Positions 17,357-27,800 of a stretch of 64,000 bases of DNA are shown here, one piece after another. Every line of letters starts with the position of its first letter. Within the stretch, counting starts at the first letter, position 1. The stretch comes from Fibrobacterota bacterium (GTDB taxonomy: Bacteria > Fibrobacterota > Fibrobacteria > UBA5070), in NCBI GenBank assembly GCA_029557215.1, contig JAKPQQ010000116.1:10103-74102 (forward strand), in the 5' to 3' direction. The notes under the pieces were generated by a model. It was not told where the DNA came from and searched no databases. It worked only from the letters and a program-made list of their open reading frames with translations. A program made the translations under genes and the position numbers.

Positions 17357-19435
17357 ATGCGTGTAGACGAGAGCCTTCTCCGGAAGGGTGCCGACAATAT
17401 TCGTTGGTTATCCGCGGCCATGCCGCAGCAAGCCAACAGCGGACATCCTGGTGGTTCCATGGGTGGTGCCGACTTCACCCACCTCCTTTATTCGGAATAT
17501 CTGGTCTACGACCCGAAGGATCCGTTCTGGAAGGAGCGCGATCGGTTCTTCCTGGACCCCGGGCACATGAGCACCATGCTCTATTCGGCTCTGGCGATCA
17601 CCGGACGCTACACGGTGGAAGACCTCAAGGCGTTCCGCCAGTGGGGTTCGCACACTCCGGGGCACCCCGAACACGACGTGGCCCATGGTGTGGAGAATAC
17701 CTCCGGTCCGCTCGGGCAGGGACATGTGTACGGCGTGGGCGCGGCGGTGGCCGAACGCTTCTTGGCCGCTCGTTTTGGCGAGTGGCTTGCGCACAAGACC
17801 TACGTGTACATCTCCGACGGCGGCATCCAGGAAGAAATCTCGCAGGGCGCGGGCCGCATCGCGGGCCACCTGGGGCTTTCCAACCTGGTGATGTTCTACG
17901 ACGCCAACGACGTGCAGCTGTCGCACAAGGTGTCGGACACGACGTCGGAAGACTGCGCCGCCAAGTACCGCGCCTGGGGTTGGGCGGTCCACGAAGTGGA
18001 TGGCCACGACTACGCCCAGATGCGCAAGGCTCTGGACCAGGCGATCACGGAATCTGACCGACCCACGCTCATCATTGGCCATACCACCATGGGCAAGGGC
18101 GCCAAGCGCGCCGATGGCTCGGTGTGGGAAGGCGACGTGAAGCAGCACGGGGCGCCGTTTGGCAAGGATGCCACGTTGGCCACCGTGAAGGCGCTGGGCG
18201 GCGATCCGGAGAATCCGTTCGTGCTGGTGCCCGAAGTGCTGGAAGGCGTGGCCAAGCGCCACCAGGAATTGGCGGAAGTCGTGGCCAAGCGCCGCGCCGT
18301 CAAGGCCGATTGGGCCAAGTCCAATCCCGAGCTGGCCGCCACCTACGACAAATACTTCGAGCCCAACGCGTTCGCCATCGATTGGGACGCGATCTCCTTC
18401 GTGCCCGGCATGGCTTCGCGCAACGCATCCGCCAAGGTGATGGAATCGATCGCGGTGCAGGTGCCGAATTTCGTCATGATGTCGGCCGACCTGGCCGATG
18501 CCGACAAGACCGAAGCGTTCCTGAAAAAGACCAAGATCTTCCGCAAGGGCGACTTTACCGGACAATTCCTGCAGGCGGGCGTGGCCGAACTGACCATGGC
18601 CGCCTTGGCCGTGGGCATGACCCTGCACGGCGGCGTGCGCGCCGGATGCGCGACGTTCTTCGCGTTCTCCGACTACATGAAGCCGGTCATGCGCCTGGCC
18701 GCGTTGCAGCAGCTGCCGGTGGTGTTCCTGTGGACCCACGACAGTTTCCGGGTGGGCGAAGACGGCCCCACGCACCAGCCGATCGAGCACGAAGCACAGC
18801 TTCGGTTGCTGGAACAGGTCCGCAACTTCAAGGGCAAGCCCTCGTTGCTTGCTTTGCGTCCCGGCGATTCGGAAGAAGTCCGCGTGGCCTGGAAGATGGC
18901 CATGGACACGGTCGACCGTCCCACGGCCCTGGTGTTCAGCCGTCAGGATCTGGTCGATTCGGTGTCCGACAACGGCGACCGCAAGGCCAACGCGCAAGGC
19001 GTGCTCCGCGGCGGCTACGTGGTTTCCGGCGAAGTCGCTCCCAAGCTCGTGCTCCTGGCCAACGGTTCGGAGCTGGGATTGGCCCACCAGACCGCCCAGA
19101 AACTGCGCGAAGAAGGCGTCGCGACCCGCGTGGTCAGCGTTCCTTCGGTGGGACTGTTCCTGGAGCAGGATGCCGCCTACCGCGAATCGGTGCTGCCGTC
19201 GGCGACTCCGGTCCTGGCCATCACCGCGGGGCTTTCGTGCGTGTTCCGCGGGCTGGAAGGTCCGTTGGGCGAGGTGGTCTGCCTGGAGCGCTTTGGCGCC
19301 AGCGCCAACTTCAAGGTCCTGGACCAGAAGTTCGGGTTCACCCCCGAAGCCATGCTGGAACGGGCCAAGTCGTACCTGGCCTCGGTTCCGGCGCGTGCGG
19401 CCAAGCTCAAGGAGATCGCCTCCAGGCTGGTCTGA
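17357..19435 (+). CDS. tkt: transketolase, 692 aa
   Basis: ATG at 17357, in frame with ORF 17081..19435. Motifs NSGHPGGSMGGAD, ISDGGIQEEISQGA and THDSFRVGEDGPTHQPIEH. Confidence 0.92.
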   Translation: MRVDESLLRKGADNIRWLSAAMPQQANSGHPGGSMGGADFTHLLYSEYLVYDPKDPFWKERDRFFLDPGHMSTMLYSALAITGRYTVEDLKAFRQWGSHTPGHPEHDVAHGVENTSGPLGQGHVYGVGAAVAERFLAARFGEWLAHKTYVYISDGGIQEEISQGAGRIAGHLGLSNLVMFYDANDVQLSHKVSDTTSEDCAAKYRAWGWAVHEVDGHDYAQMRKALDQAITESDRPTLIIGHTTMGKGAKRADGSVWEGDVKQHGAPFGKDATLATVKALGGDPENPFVLVPEVLEGVAKRHQELAEVVAKRRAVKADWAKSNPELAATYDKYFEPNAFAIDWDAISFVPGMASRNASAKVMESIAVQVPNFVMMSADLADADKTEAFLKKTKIFRKGDFTGQFLQAGVAELTMAALAVGMTLHGGVRAGCATFFAFSDYMKPVMRLAALQQLPVVFLWTHDSFRVGEDGPTHQPIEHEAQLRLLEQVRNFKGKPSLLALRPGDSEEVRVAWKMAMDTVDRPTALVFSRQDLVDSVSDNGDRKANAQGVLRGGYVVSGEVAPKLVLLANGSELGLAHQTAQKLREEGVATRVVSVPSVGLFLEQDAAYRESVLPSATPVLAITAGLSCVFRGLEGPLGEVVCLERFGASANFKVLDQKFGFTPEAMLERAKSYLASVPARAAKLKEIASRLV

Positions 19436-19517
19436 GAGTTCGCGAAACGGGGGTGCGATCCACGCCCGTTGTCGAAAACGGCGAGCCATTCGCAGGTTTT
19501 TGACACATAATTAAGGG

Positions 19518-20147
19518 ATGCGTCGACCCAATCTTGCTTGGGCCGGTTTGGTTCCGTTGGCTGTGATCGCCTTCGGATGCGCCGGCAAAGCCACGACCTC
19601 CACCGATACTCGTACCATCCCACCGTTCTTTCCGGGTTCGGCCGCCGATTCCGGCGACACGATCCGGACGGGCAAACGCGACTCCGTGCCCGACACGGTC
19701 GCCGTGGTCCCGCCGCCGGCGCTGGTCCCCGATTCGGTGGGCCCCGAACCCAGGCCCTCGATCCTGGTGGAAAAGCACGACATGAAGTCGGTGCGGACCC
19801 GCATGATTCCGCGGGTCATGGGGCGCGGCTGGACGCTTTCCGTCAACAAGGGCGACAGCATCGAGTTTTTGCGCAACGCGGATCCCGAACTGACGGCGCT
19901 CCTGTTCCGCTCGCCGCCGGTCCCGGCCTCCCGGATCCGGCTGCGGTTCCGGCTCGCGCAGGACAAGAACGGGGTGACCATCACGAGCGTGGCCCATCTG
20001 GTCGGCGCCGCGGTGTACCCCTACCACGCCGTGCAGGAAGTGCTGGAAGAAAACCTGACCGATCTGCGGGAATTCCTGAAGACCGCGCCGTCTTCCATGG
20101 CTCCGATCATCGACCGGGTCGACAAGAAGAAGAAAAAACGCCGTTGA
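19518..20147 (+). CDS. hypothetical lipoprotein
   Basis: MRRPNLAWAGLVPLAVIAFGC with lipobox AFGC. Pro-rich linker, then a globular C-terminal domain. Ends in KKKKKRR. No family recognised. Confidence 0.55.
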   Translation: MRRPNLAWAGLVPLAVIAFGCAGKATTSTDTRTIPPFFPGSAADSGDTIRTGKRDSVPDTVAVVPPPALVPDSVGPEPRPSILVEKHDMKSVRTRMIPRVMGRGWTLSVNKGDSIEFLRNADPELTALLFRSPPVPASRIRLRFRLAQDKNGVTITSVAHLVGAAVYPYHAVQEVLEENLTDLREFLKTAPSSMAPIIDRVDKKKKKRR

Positions 20148-20256
20148 TCGAAGCCCCGGGATTTTGGGGCTGGCCGGCGCGAGCCGGGCGTCGTCGAGTT
20201 CCAAGGCCGTCGCACCGATGGTGAAACGCCCGATTCGCGCTACCTTTGCCTGAACT

Positions 20257-21372
20257 ATGGGCAACGTTTTCGGGCGCCTTCTGCGCGTCTCCACATTCGG
20301 CGAAAGCCATGGGCCTGCGGTCGGTTGCGTGATCGACGGCCTGCCGTCGGGAATCCGCATCGACCTGGAGGCCATCCAGCGCGATCTGGACCGGCGTCGT
20401 CCGGGCCAGAACAAGCTGACCACCCAGCGCAAGGAACCCGACACGGTGGAAATCCTGTCGGGCGCGTTCCAGGGGTTCACCACCGGAACGCCGCTGGCCA
20501 TGGTGGTGCGCAACACCGACCAGCGCTCGGGCGACTATTCGGAGATGGCCACGCTGTACCGCCCCTCGCACGCCGACCGCGCCTACGACCTCAAGTACGG
20601 ATTCCGCGACCACCGCGGAGGCGGACGTTCCAGCGTGCGCGAAAGCATCGCGCGCGTGGCCGCCGGTGCGCTGGCCAAACAGATCCTGTCGCACGTCGCG
20701 GGCACCCGCGTCCTGGCGTGGGTGCAGTCGGTGGAACAGGTGGACGCCTCGGTGGATCATCCGGAATCCGTCACCCTGGAACAGGTGGAATCGAGCCTGG
20801 TCCGCTGCCCCGACGCCACCGCCAGCGCGGCCATGGAGGCCGCCATCCTGGCGGCGCGCGGCGACGGCGATTCGGTGGGCGGCGTGGTGCGGCTCTGGAT
20901 CGAGCGCCCTCCCGTGGGCGTGGGCGAGCCCGTGTTCGACCGCGTGGAGGCCGAACTGGCCAAGGCCATGCTGTCCATTCCGGCCACCAAGGGGTTCGAG
21001 ATCGGATCGGGGTTCGCGGGCTCGCGCCTGAGGGGTTCGGTCCACAACGACCCGCTGGCCACCGATGGCGACAAGATCCGTCAGACCAAGAACGACTCGG
21101 GCGGCGTCCAGGGCGGCATCGCCGTGGGCGAACCCATCGATTGCCGCATCGCCTTCAAGCCCACCGCCACGATCGCCAGCCCGCAACGGACGGTCGACAA
21201 GGAAGGCAAGGAAGGCGTTCTCGCCGCCCGCGGACGCCACGACCCCTGCGTGGTCGCGCGCGCCGTCCCCATCGTCGAAGCCATGGCCGCCCTGGTGCTG
21301 GCCGACCTGTACCTGGTGCACCGCTCCCGCGCCGGCACCTATCCCGCACCCGCACTGGAGAATTCCCCATGA
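20257..21372 (+). CDS. aroC: chorismate synthase
   Basis: MGNVFGRLLRVSTFGESHGPAVGCVIDG, GGGRSSVRES, RHDPCVV. 371 aa. Confidence 0.92.
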   Translation: MGNVFGRLLRVSTFGESHGPAVGCVIDGLPSGIRIDLEAIQRDLDRRRPGQNKLTTQRKEPDTVEILSGAFQGFTTGTPLAMVVRNTDQRSGDYSEMATLYRPSHADRAYDLKYGFRDHRGGGRSSVRESIARVAAGALAKQILSHVAGTRVLAWVQSVEQVDASVDHPESVTLEQVESSLVRCPDATASAAMEAAILAARGDGDSVGGVVRLWIERPPVGVGEPVFDRVEAELAKAMLSIPATKGFEIGSGFAGSRLRGSVHNDPLATDGDKIRQTKNDSGGVQGGIAVGEPIDCRIAFKPTATIASPQRTVDKEGKEGVLAARGRHDPCVVARAVPIVEAMAALVLADLYLVHRSRAGTYPAPALENSP

Positions 21373-22235
21373 GCCTTCCGCTCCGCGTGGCCCTTTGCCA
21401 GCATGCCGCGTCCGAAGATCCCGAGATCTGCTGGAACCGATTCCGCGAACAGGCCCACGAAGCCGCCAAGCAGGGCGCGACGCTGATCCTGACGCAGGAA
21501 TTGTTCATGGGGCCCTACTTCTGCCAGGGGCAGGAAGTCCGCCATTTCGATCGCGCCGAACCGATCCCGGGGCCCACCACCGCGCGCTTGCAGGAATTGG
21601 CGGGCAAGCTGGGATGCGTGATCGTGGGGTCGCTGTTCGAAAAGCGCGCGCCGGGGTTGTACCACAACACCGCGGTGGTGTGCGACGCCGACGGAAGCCT
21701 GGCCGGGATCTACCGCAAGATGCACATTCCGCAGGATCCCGGGTTCGACGAGAAGTTCTACTTCACGCCCGGCGACCTGGGGTTCCAGGCCTTCGATACC
21801 GCGGTGGGACGCATTGGTGTGCTGATCTGCTGGGACCAGTGGTACCCCGAGGCCGCGCGTCTCACGGCGCTGCAAGGCGCCGAGATCCTGGTCTACCCCA
21901 CCGCCATCGGTTGGGACGATCTGGAAGAGCGTTCGCTGCGTCCGGTGCAGTACGAGGCCTGGCAGGTGTCCATGCGCGCGCACGCGATCGCCAACGGCGT
22001 GTTCGTGGCCGCGCCCAACCGCGTGGGCCGCGAAGGCCGCCTGGAATTCTGGGGCGGCTCGTTCGTGGCCGATCCCGAAGGCCGCGTGCTCCACCAGTCC
22101 ACGCACCAGGAAGCCGAAACCGCCGTGGTGGATTGCGACAGGAACCGCATCGAGAAGGCGCGCCAGATCTGGCCGTTCTTGCGCGACCGCCGCATCGACG
22201 CCTACGAAGGCGTCCTGGAGCGCTGGGGGCGGTGA
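21369..22235 (+). CDS. aguB: N-carbamoylputrescine amidase-like carbon-nitrogen hydrolase
   Basis: ATG at 21369 overlaps the aroC stop (ATGA). Nitrilase-superfamily triad context LTQELF (Glu), YRKMHIP (Lys), ICWDQWYPEAAR (Cys). End-to-end resemblance to AguB: FYFTPGD, YPTAIGW, WPFLRDRR. Confidence 0.8.
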   Translation: MSLPLRVALCQHAASEDPEICWNRFREQAHEAAKQGATLILTQELFMGPYFCQGQEVRHFDRAEPIPGPTTARLQELAGKLGCVIVGSLFEKRAPGLYHNTAVVCDADGSLAGIYRKMHIPQDPGFDEKFYFTPGDLGFQAFDTAVGRIGVLICWDQWYPEAARLTALQGAEILVYPTAIGWDDLEERSLRPVQYEAWQVSMRAHAIANGVFVAAPNRVGREGRLEFWGGSFVADPEGRVLHQSTHQEAETAVVDCDRNRIEKARQIWPFLRDRRIDAYEGVLERWGR

Positions 22236-22313
22236 CGTCGCTGTCGCCGGAAAGTGTTCACCAATTGTGAACAGGAAGGCTCCCGGAGGCTCCAGCGTAG
22301 GGCGAAACCCGGC

Positions 22314-23393
22314 ATGACCCAGTACATTGCGCACATGGCCAGCCTTTCGCTCATCGCGCTATTGACCGCTTGCGGTTCCGAGAAGTCGACGGTTTCCGAC
22401 CACCAGGACGGGAATCGGTTCTTCAACACGCCTCCCGTGAACGTGGGATTCTGGTCGGTCCTGAAGTGGAACTTCACCCGCAAGAAGCACCCCTGGCCCG
22501 ACAGCGTGCCGGTCGACACGGTGGTCCCGCCGCTTTCCGTCGCTTCCGGCATGCGGGCGACCTGGGTGGGGCACGCGACGGTGCTGGTGCAGACTCCGGG
22601 CAACAACCTGCTGGTGGACCCCGTGTGGAGCAAGCGCATCGGGCCTTGGTCGTGGGCCGGGCCCAAGCGGTACTCGCGCCCGGCGGTCGAATTCCAGGAT
22701 CTGCCGCGCATCGACGCGGTGCTGGTGAGCCACGACCACTACGACCACTGCGACATGCCCACCCTGGAACGGCTGGCCAAGGAGCGTTCGCGCCTGGGCA
22801 TCGCGCCGCTGGGCACCGCCGATCTGCTCAAGAAAGCCGGATTCGAGAAGGTGGTCGCCCTGGACTGGTGGGAAAGCACGCAGCTTCCTTCCGGCGACAC
22901 CGTGACGTTGGTGCCCGCCTACCACCACGGGCTCCGTTGGCCATGGGACCGCAACACCCGGCTTTGGGGCGGGTTCGTGGTCAAGACCGCGGCGGGAGTG
23001 GTCTACTACCCGGGCGATACGGGCGACGGCCCCCATTTCGACCAGATCGGCGCGCGCATCGGACCCATCGATCTGGCCTTGATGCCGATCGGCGCCTACC
23101 TTCCGCGCTGGTTCATGCACCCCCAGCACATCGGCCCTTCGGAAGCGATTTCGGCCGCCAAGCGGGTGGGGGCCAAGGTCTCCATGGCCGTCCACTGGGG
23201 AGCGTTCCGGCTGGCCGACGACGGGTTCCGTGAGGCTCCCGACAGCTTGAAGGCTTTGCTGGCGCGTGATCCGGCCGCCCCCGACTTCCGGGTGGTGGAC
23301 ATGGGTCAAAGCGTGGAATTGTCGAACGTCCCCGATGTCGTCGTAGGCGATTCCTTGACGGCAAACGCACGGGAGCTGGCCGTAGCGCGTTGA
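22314..23393 (+). CDS. MBL-fold metallo-hydrolase (NAPE-PLD-like), probable lipoprotein
   Basis: MTQYIAHMASLSLIALLTACG lipobox. Metal motif LVSHDHYDHCD. The start could also be 22335. Confidence 0.75.
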   Translation: MTQYIAHMASLSLIALLTACGSEKSTVSDHQDGNRFFNTPPVNVGFWSVLKWNFTRKKHPWPDSVPVDTVVPPLSVASGMRATWVGHATVLVQTPGNNLLVDPVWSKRIGPWSWAGPKRYSRPAVEFQDLPRIDAVLVSHDHYDHCDMPTLERLAKERSRLGIAPLGTADLLKKAGFEKVVALDWWESTQLPSGDTVTLVPAYHHGLRWPWDRNTRLWGGFVVKTAAGVVYYPGDTGDGPHFDQIGARIGPIDLALMPIGAYLPRWFMHPQHIGPSEAISAAKRVGAKVSMAVHWGAFRLADDGFREAPDSLKALLARDPAAPDFRVVDMGQSVELSNVPDVVVGDSLTANARELAVAR

Positions 23394-23505
23394 TGCCCTG
23401 GTGCGAGGTTTTGGTTTTATCTTCCTGCCTGTCGTAGATCAACCACCCCCTCGGCTCGCGTCGAGGGGAATGTGACCCCGAGCGATCCAGGAGACCACAC
23501 CCGCC

Positions 23506-23871
23506 ATGAGACTGCACCCCACGCCAGAATCCCTGCCCCAAGCTTCTTCCCAGGTCGAGCCTTCCGCCAAGACGGAAGCGCCCGCCGTCGGGAGCCGATT
23601 GTCCATCGACATCTATCGCAGTTCCCTGGACCGTGCCAAGTACCTCTCGGTGCCGGCTGGGACCGACTTGGCGAGCATGGCGTTCCCTGCCGATACCGAC
23701 GGCGACTACCAGAGCGTTTCCATCTACAAGCAAGGGGTGGACATCGAATCCGGCAAGCCCGCGGTCGGGCTGGATGTCGACGACTTGCTGGGACAGATCG
23801 CCTCGCGCGGGTTCGCGCTCCACGGGCTCAAGTTCTCCGCTTCGCTGTCGGTGGGAGTCGGGACGCGCTGA
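23506..23871 (+). CDS. small hypothetical protein, weak YcgL-domain resemblance
   Basis: IDIYRSSLDRAKYLSV...DDLLGQIASRGFAL loosely follows the YcgL pattern (IYRSS..YLYV...QGYYL). This is a resemblance from memory only. Confidence 0.4.
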   Translation: MRLHPTPESLPQASSQVEPSAKTEAPAVGSRLSIDIYRSSLDRAKYLSVPAGTDLASMAFPADTDGDYQSVSIYKQGVDIESGKPAVGLDVDDLLGQIASRGFALHGLKFSASLSVGVGTR

Positions 23872-24139
23872 CCTTCGGCCGAGCTGCCATGGGGCCCGCG
23901 CGCGCTCGGATGGCTGGCGTGTAAAGCCTTGTCACCACCTGAGTTGCAAGAGCGACAGTGCGAGGTGCGAATAAATGAACGCAGACAGCGTTCAGTTGGA
24001 ATGCAACTAAATTTGGCCTTGTTGGAAACTTCGAGAGTTGAAATTCGAAGAATCCTCCCGATGATCCAAAAATGGATCATGGGATCGCCAAGTACAGGGT
24101 AGCTTGTCCGCACCACCCGACCACTGGAGCTTTCTACCG

Positions 24140-24874
24140 ATGGCCATGAATTTGACCGGCGAAATGCCTGTTGCTGTGATTTTCGACATGGATGGAACCT
24201 TGTTGGACACCGAACGCATGGCAGTGGAATGCTGGCACGAGGTGTTCCAGCAGTTCGGGATCGACATGCCACGCTCGGTGATCGAGCAGACCGTGGCCTG
24301 CGACCCCGACCAGAAGCGTCGCATCTTCCTGGAGAATCTTCCTCCCGACGTGCCCGCCGGACTGGATCCCGACGATGTCGTGGACGCCTGGAAGATGGTC
24401 CTGGTGCGGCGGATGCGTTCGCAGGGCGTGCCGGTGAAGCCGGGCGCCAAGGAAATGCTCGAACAGTTGCGCGAGCAGGGGATTCCCGCCGCCGTGGCCA
24501 CGTCGTCGCCGTCGCTGTTCGCCACGCCGTTCCTGCAGGCCACGGGATTGCTGCCGCTGCTGAAGGTGGTGGTGTGCGGCGAAGACGTGGTGGAAACCAA
24601 GCCTTCACCCGAGATCTACCTGGAAGCCGCTCGCCGGTTGGGCGTGGAACCTTCCCAGGCATGGGCGGTGGAAGATTCGTCGCAGGGCATCCGCTCGGCC
24701 GCCGCCGCGGGAATCCCCGTGATCCACATCCCCGACCTCCAAGTGGTGGATGCCGAAACCCGCGATCTGGCCTGGAAGGAATACTCCTCCCTCGTGGATC
24801 TGGCCGGATACGTGGACTTCATGTGCCGCAGCCAATGGGGCGAAAGCCAAGTGGATACGGCCGAAGCGGCGTGA
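24140..24874 (+). CDS. HAD-IA hydrolase (beta-phosphoglucomutase/phosphatase-like)
   Basis: Motif I VIFDMDGTLLDTE. Motif III/IV K...VEDSSQGIRSAAAAG. ATG at 24140 or 24146. Its stop lies 2 nt from the convergent effector stop. Confidence 0.8.
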   Translation: MAMNLTGEMPVAVIFDMDGTLLDTERMAVECWHEVFQQFGIDMPRSVIEQTVACDPDQKRRIFLENLPPDVPAGLDPDDVVDAWKMVLVRRMRSQGVPVKPGAKEMLEQLREQGIPAAVATSSPSLFATPFLQATGLLPLLKVVVCGEDVVETKPSPEIYLEAARRLGVEPSQAWAVEDSSQGIRSAAAAGIPVIHIPDLQVVDAETRDLAWKEYSSLVDLAGYVDFMCRSQWGESQVDTAEAA

Positions 24875-24875
24875 G

Positions 24876-27800
24876 TCAATACTTCGGCTTGATGCGTGGA
24901 GTGCTCACGATCTTCATGTAGAGAAGGTTGCCGAGCCGTTTGTAGGCGTCCTCCAATCCGCCGAACGCGGTTTTCCCTCTCAATTTGATCACGTCTTTTT
25001 TGTCGTCGTCCGTGAGGTTGAACAAGGAAAGGCTTGCGATTGCTTTTGCGGCGATGGCGGGCTCCTTGTCTGGCTCGCACAGGTGTTCGTTGATCGGCAC
25101 TTCTCGGCGTTTCGCCTTGGTTGTTTCCAGGAAATAGCTTGGCCATCGCGTGTCGATGACGTTCTGGACGACGAATTCAAGCGGTAGAATGGACGACTTG
25201 CTGCCTCTGGGTTTGGGGACCTTGCAGGTGATGATCGAAGGCACGAAGGACTCGACCTTTCGAATCTTGTTGACTGCGTCCAATTTGTCCTTCTCGTCCG
25301 GATCCAGGGGCTTTTTCAGCACGCCGGTGCCGAATGGCTCGAGAGGCTGGTAACCCGAAGCCTCCACGCTGAATTTCACCACGAGAGTGTCGTCCTCGAA
25401 TGCCTTCACCATTTTCGATTCGAAATTCTTGAACATCGCACCTTGGCTGTTTTTGTTGGCTCTATCGGTAAGTGGCGTCAGATTCTGCCACGCATCTCCG
25501 GGGCCTCCGAGGCCGTCGTGGAGAAGATGGCCTCGGACGTAGTAGCTCTTTGAGCGGTCCTTGCGGCCGACGATCGTGTCCCAGTGAGCCCCTGCCGCGC
25601 TTGGAATGTTCGGACTCCCGAAACGCATCGAAGTCAACTTCTTCACGGTAGCGGAAGTTCCGAATCCACCCTTCAGTCCACCGAATACCGGGGGCGTTGA
25701 TGGTTCCTTGATCGACAGATCGTTCAGGACCTTCGCGGTCATTTTTGCGAGTTCCGCGACATCCTTGTCGTATTCCGCCTGCAACTTCTTCTGGTCGGCC
25801 GGTGCGAGCGGCTTTCCCGGCGAAGAAATCGATACCACGTTGTCATCGAGTTTCTTGGCCATCGCCAGCAAAGGATCCATCGCCGCGTCGGTCAACTTCT
25901 CTCCGTACTTGACTTTCAATGCCTTGAGGAAATTCGCGTAGATGATCGGCGTGGATTCGATCGTGAATTTCGCGGACGCGCCTTTTCCCCGCATGTAGAG
26001 GTGGTGGCGTTTCCCTTTCGCCGTCGAAAAGGGGCGCTTCCTTAGCCACCAGTCCGCTAGTCCAGCCTTGGCCTTCGCGAACAGCGCCTTGGCCGTCTTC
26101 GCGATCCAGGCGACCACCTTGTCCAATGCCGCGTCCACCTTGCCGCGGATCTTGGCGATCACGCCCATGATCTTGTCGGCGATCTTCCCCAGTCCCGCGA
26201 ATCCCATGAGGAAATTGATGGCAAGGCCCAACAGTCCCGCCAGGACGCTTTCCACCTTGGCCACCGCCGCTCCGATGTTGCCCGCGGCGATGGCCGCGAT
26301 GGAGTTGACAAAAGCCGTCACCACCTGGACGATCTTGGAGATCTTGCGCACGAACACCATGACGGTGTCGTAGATCGCCAGGATCGCCGAGATGAACCCC
26401 GCGCCGGGAATGAACATGGCCACCAGCCTGGGGATCGCCTTCTGCACGATCAGGCTCTTCACCATGTCCAGGATCCCGCCGACCACCATCTCCTTGAGGT
26501 TGCCCAGCTCCTCCTTGATCTTCTCCCAGGCGGCCGCAGGTCCGTCGCGCACCAGCGCCACCACGATGTCCAGCGTCTTTTCGATCACGGTCATGGCGGG
26601 TTCGCCGACCACCTTCGCGATCTTGCCGCGGATGATCTTCCAGGAAACGCCCAGCACCGACAGCACGAAGGTCACGAGCTCCTTGAGCGAGAACGACTTG
26701 GGGATGTACACGCCCGGAAGGCTTCCCGTGAGCCAGTCGATGAGCCCGGCCTGCAGGTGGGGCACGAAGTTCTTCTTGAACGCGTCGAACCCGCCGATCC
26801 CGGCCTTGACCAGGTTCTTCATGAACGGAAGCGGATTTTTCAGGATGGATTTCAGGGCCGCGCCGGTCTTCTTGATGTGTGCCCACGCACCCGGCGACAC
26901 GCAATCGAAGATGATCTCCAGGAGGTTCCAGATGGCGTTGCCCGCCCACGACGCGAACTGCAGCAGGAATCCGCCGAACACCTTGCCAACCTTCAGGAAC
27001 GCCTTGGGGAGCAGCACGATGTCCAGAAGCTCGAGCGAGGTGAACGCCTGCACGAACAACGACGGAATCCGCGAAACGAATTTCACCAGGTCGGTCGTGG
27101 CTCCCTTGAACCAGGCGAAGGCGCGCGGGATCGCGTTGGCCTTCTTCATGTTCTCCCAGACTTCGCCCTGTCCGATCAGGCGCAGGAATCCGCCGATCAA
27201 CGTTTCCGCGTCGCGGGGCACGGCCTCGCCGGTGATGGGATCCTTGCCCAGCACGGCGCAAAGGAGGTTCCAGCCTTCGGTCCCCTTGGCCAGCGCCCCG
27301 ATGGGCTTGAGGATCGCGTCCTTGACGAGCGTGACGAATCCTGTCACGAGTCCGACCACGAAGTCCTTGATGCGCGCGATGGGGCTGGTGAAGATCCGCT
27401 TGGCCCGGTTCCAGACGTCGCCCAGATCGAAGATGTCGCGCCACGACAGTCCGTCGATGAACTCGTCGAGCGCCTGCTTGATGGAACTCCCGATGTCGCC
27501 CAGCGCCTTGAGCTGGTTGTCCACCCACGCTCCGGCCTTCTCGAAGATCCCGTGGTTGTCCAGCGCCTGGGTGATCAACGCCCCGCCCGGAACGAACTCG
27601 ATCACGGCGCGCAGGACGTTGGCCGCGCTGCGGTCCACACGCGACATGTTGATCGGGTTGAACCCCATCAGGATGGTCAGCATCCGGAATCCGGGGATCA
27701 GGTTCGCCTTGTCGGCGAAGTAGTCCAGCGCGTCGGAAACGCCCAGGCGCTGGATGGCGGGAGCGGGGGTCCGCGAAACGGCCGGCGCCGCGGCCGTGGA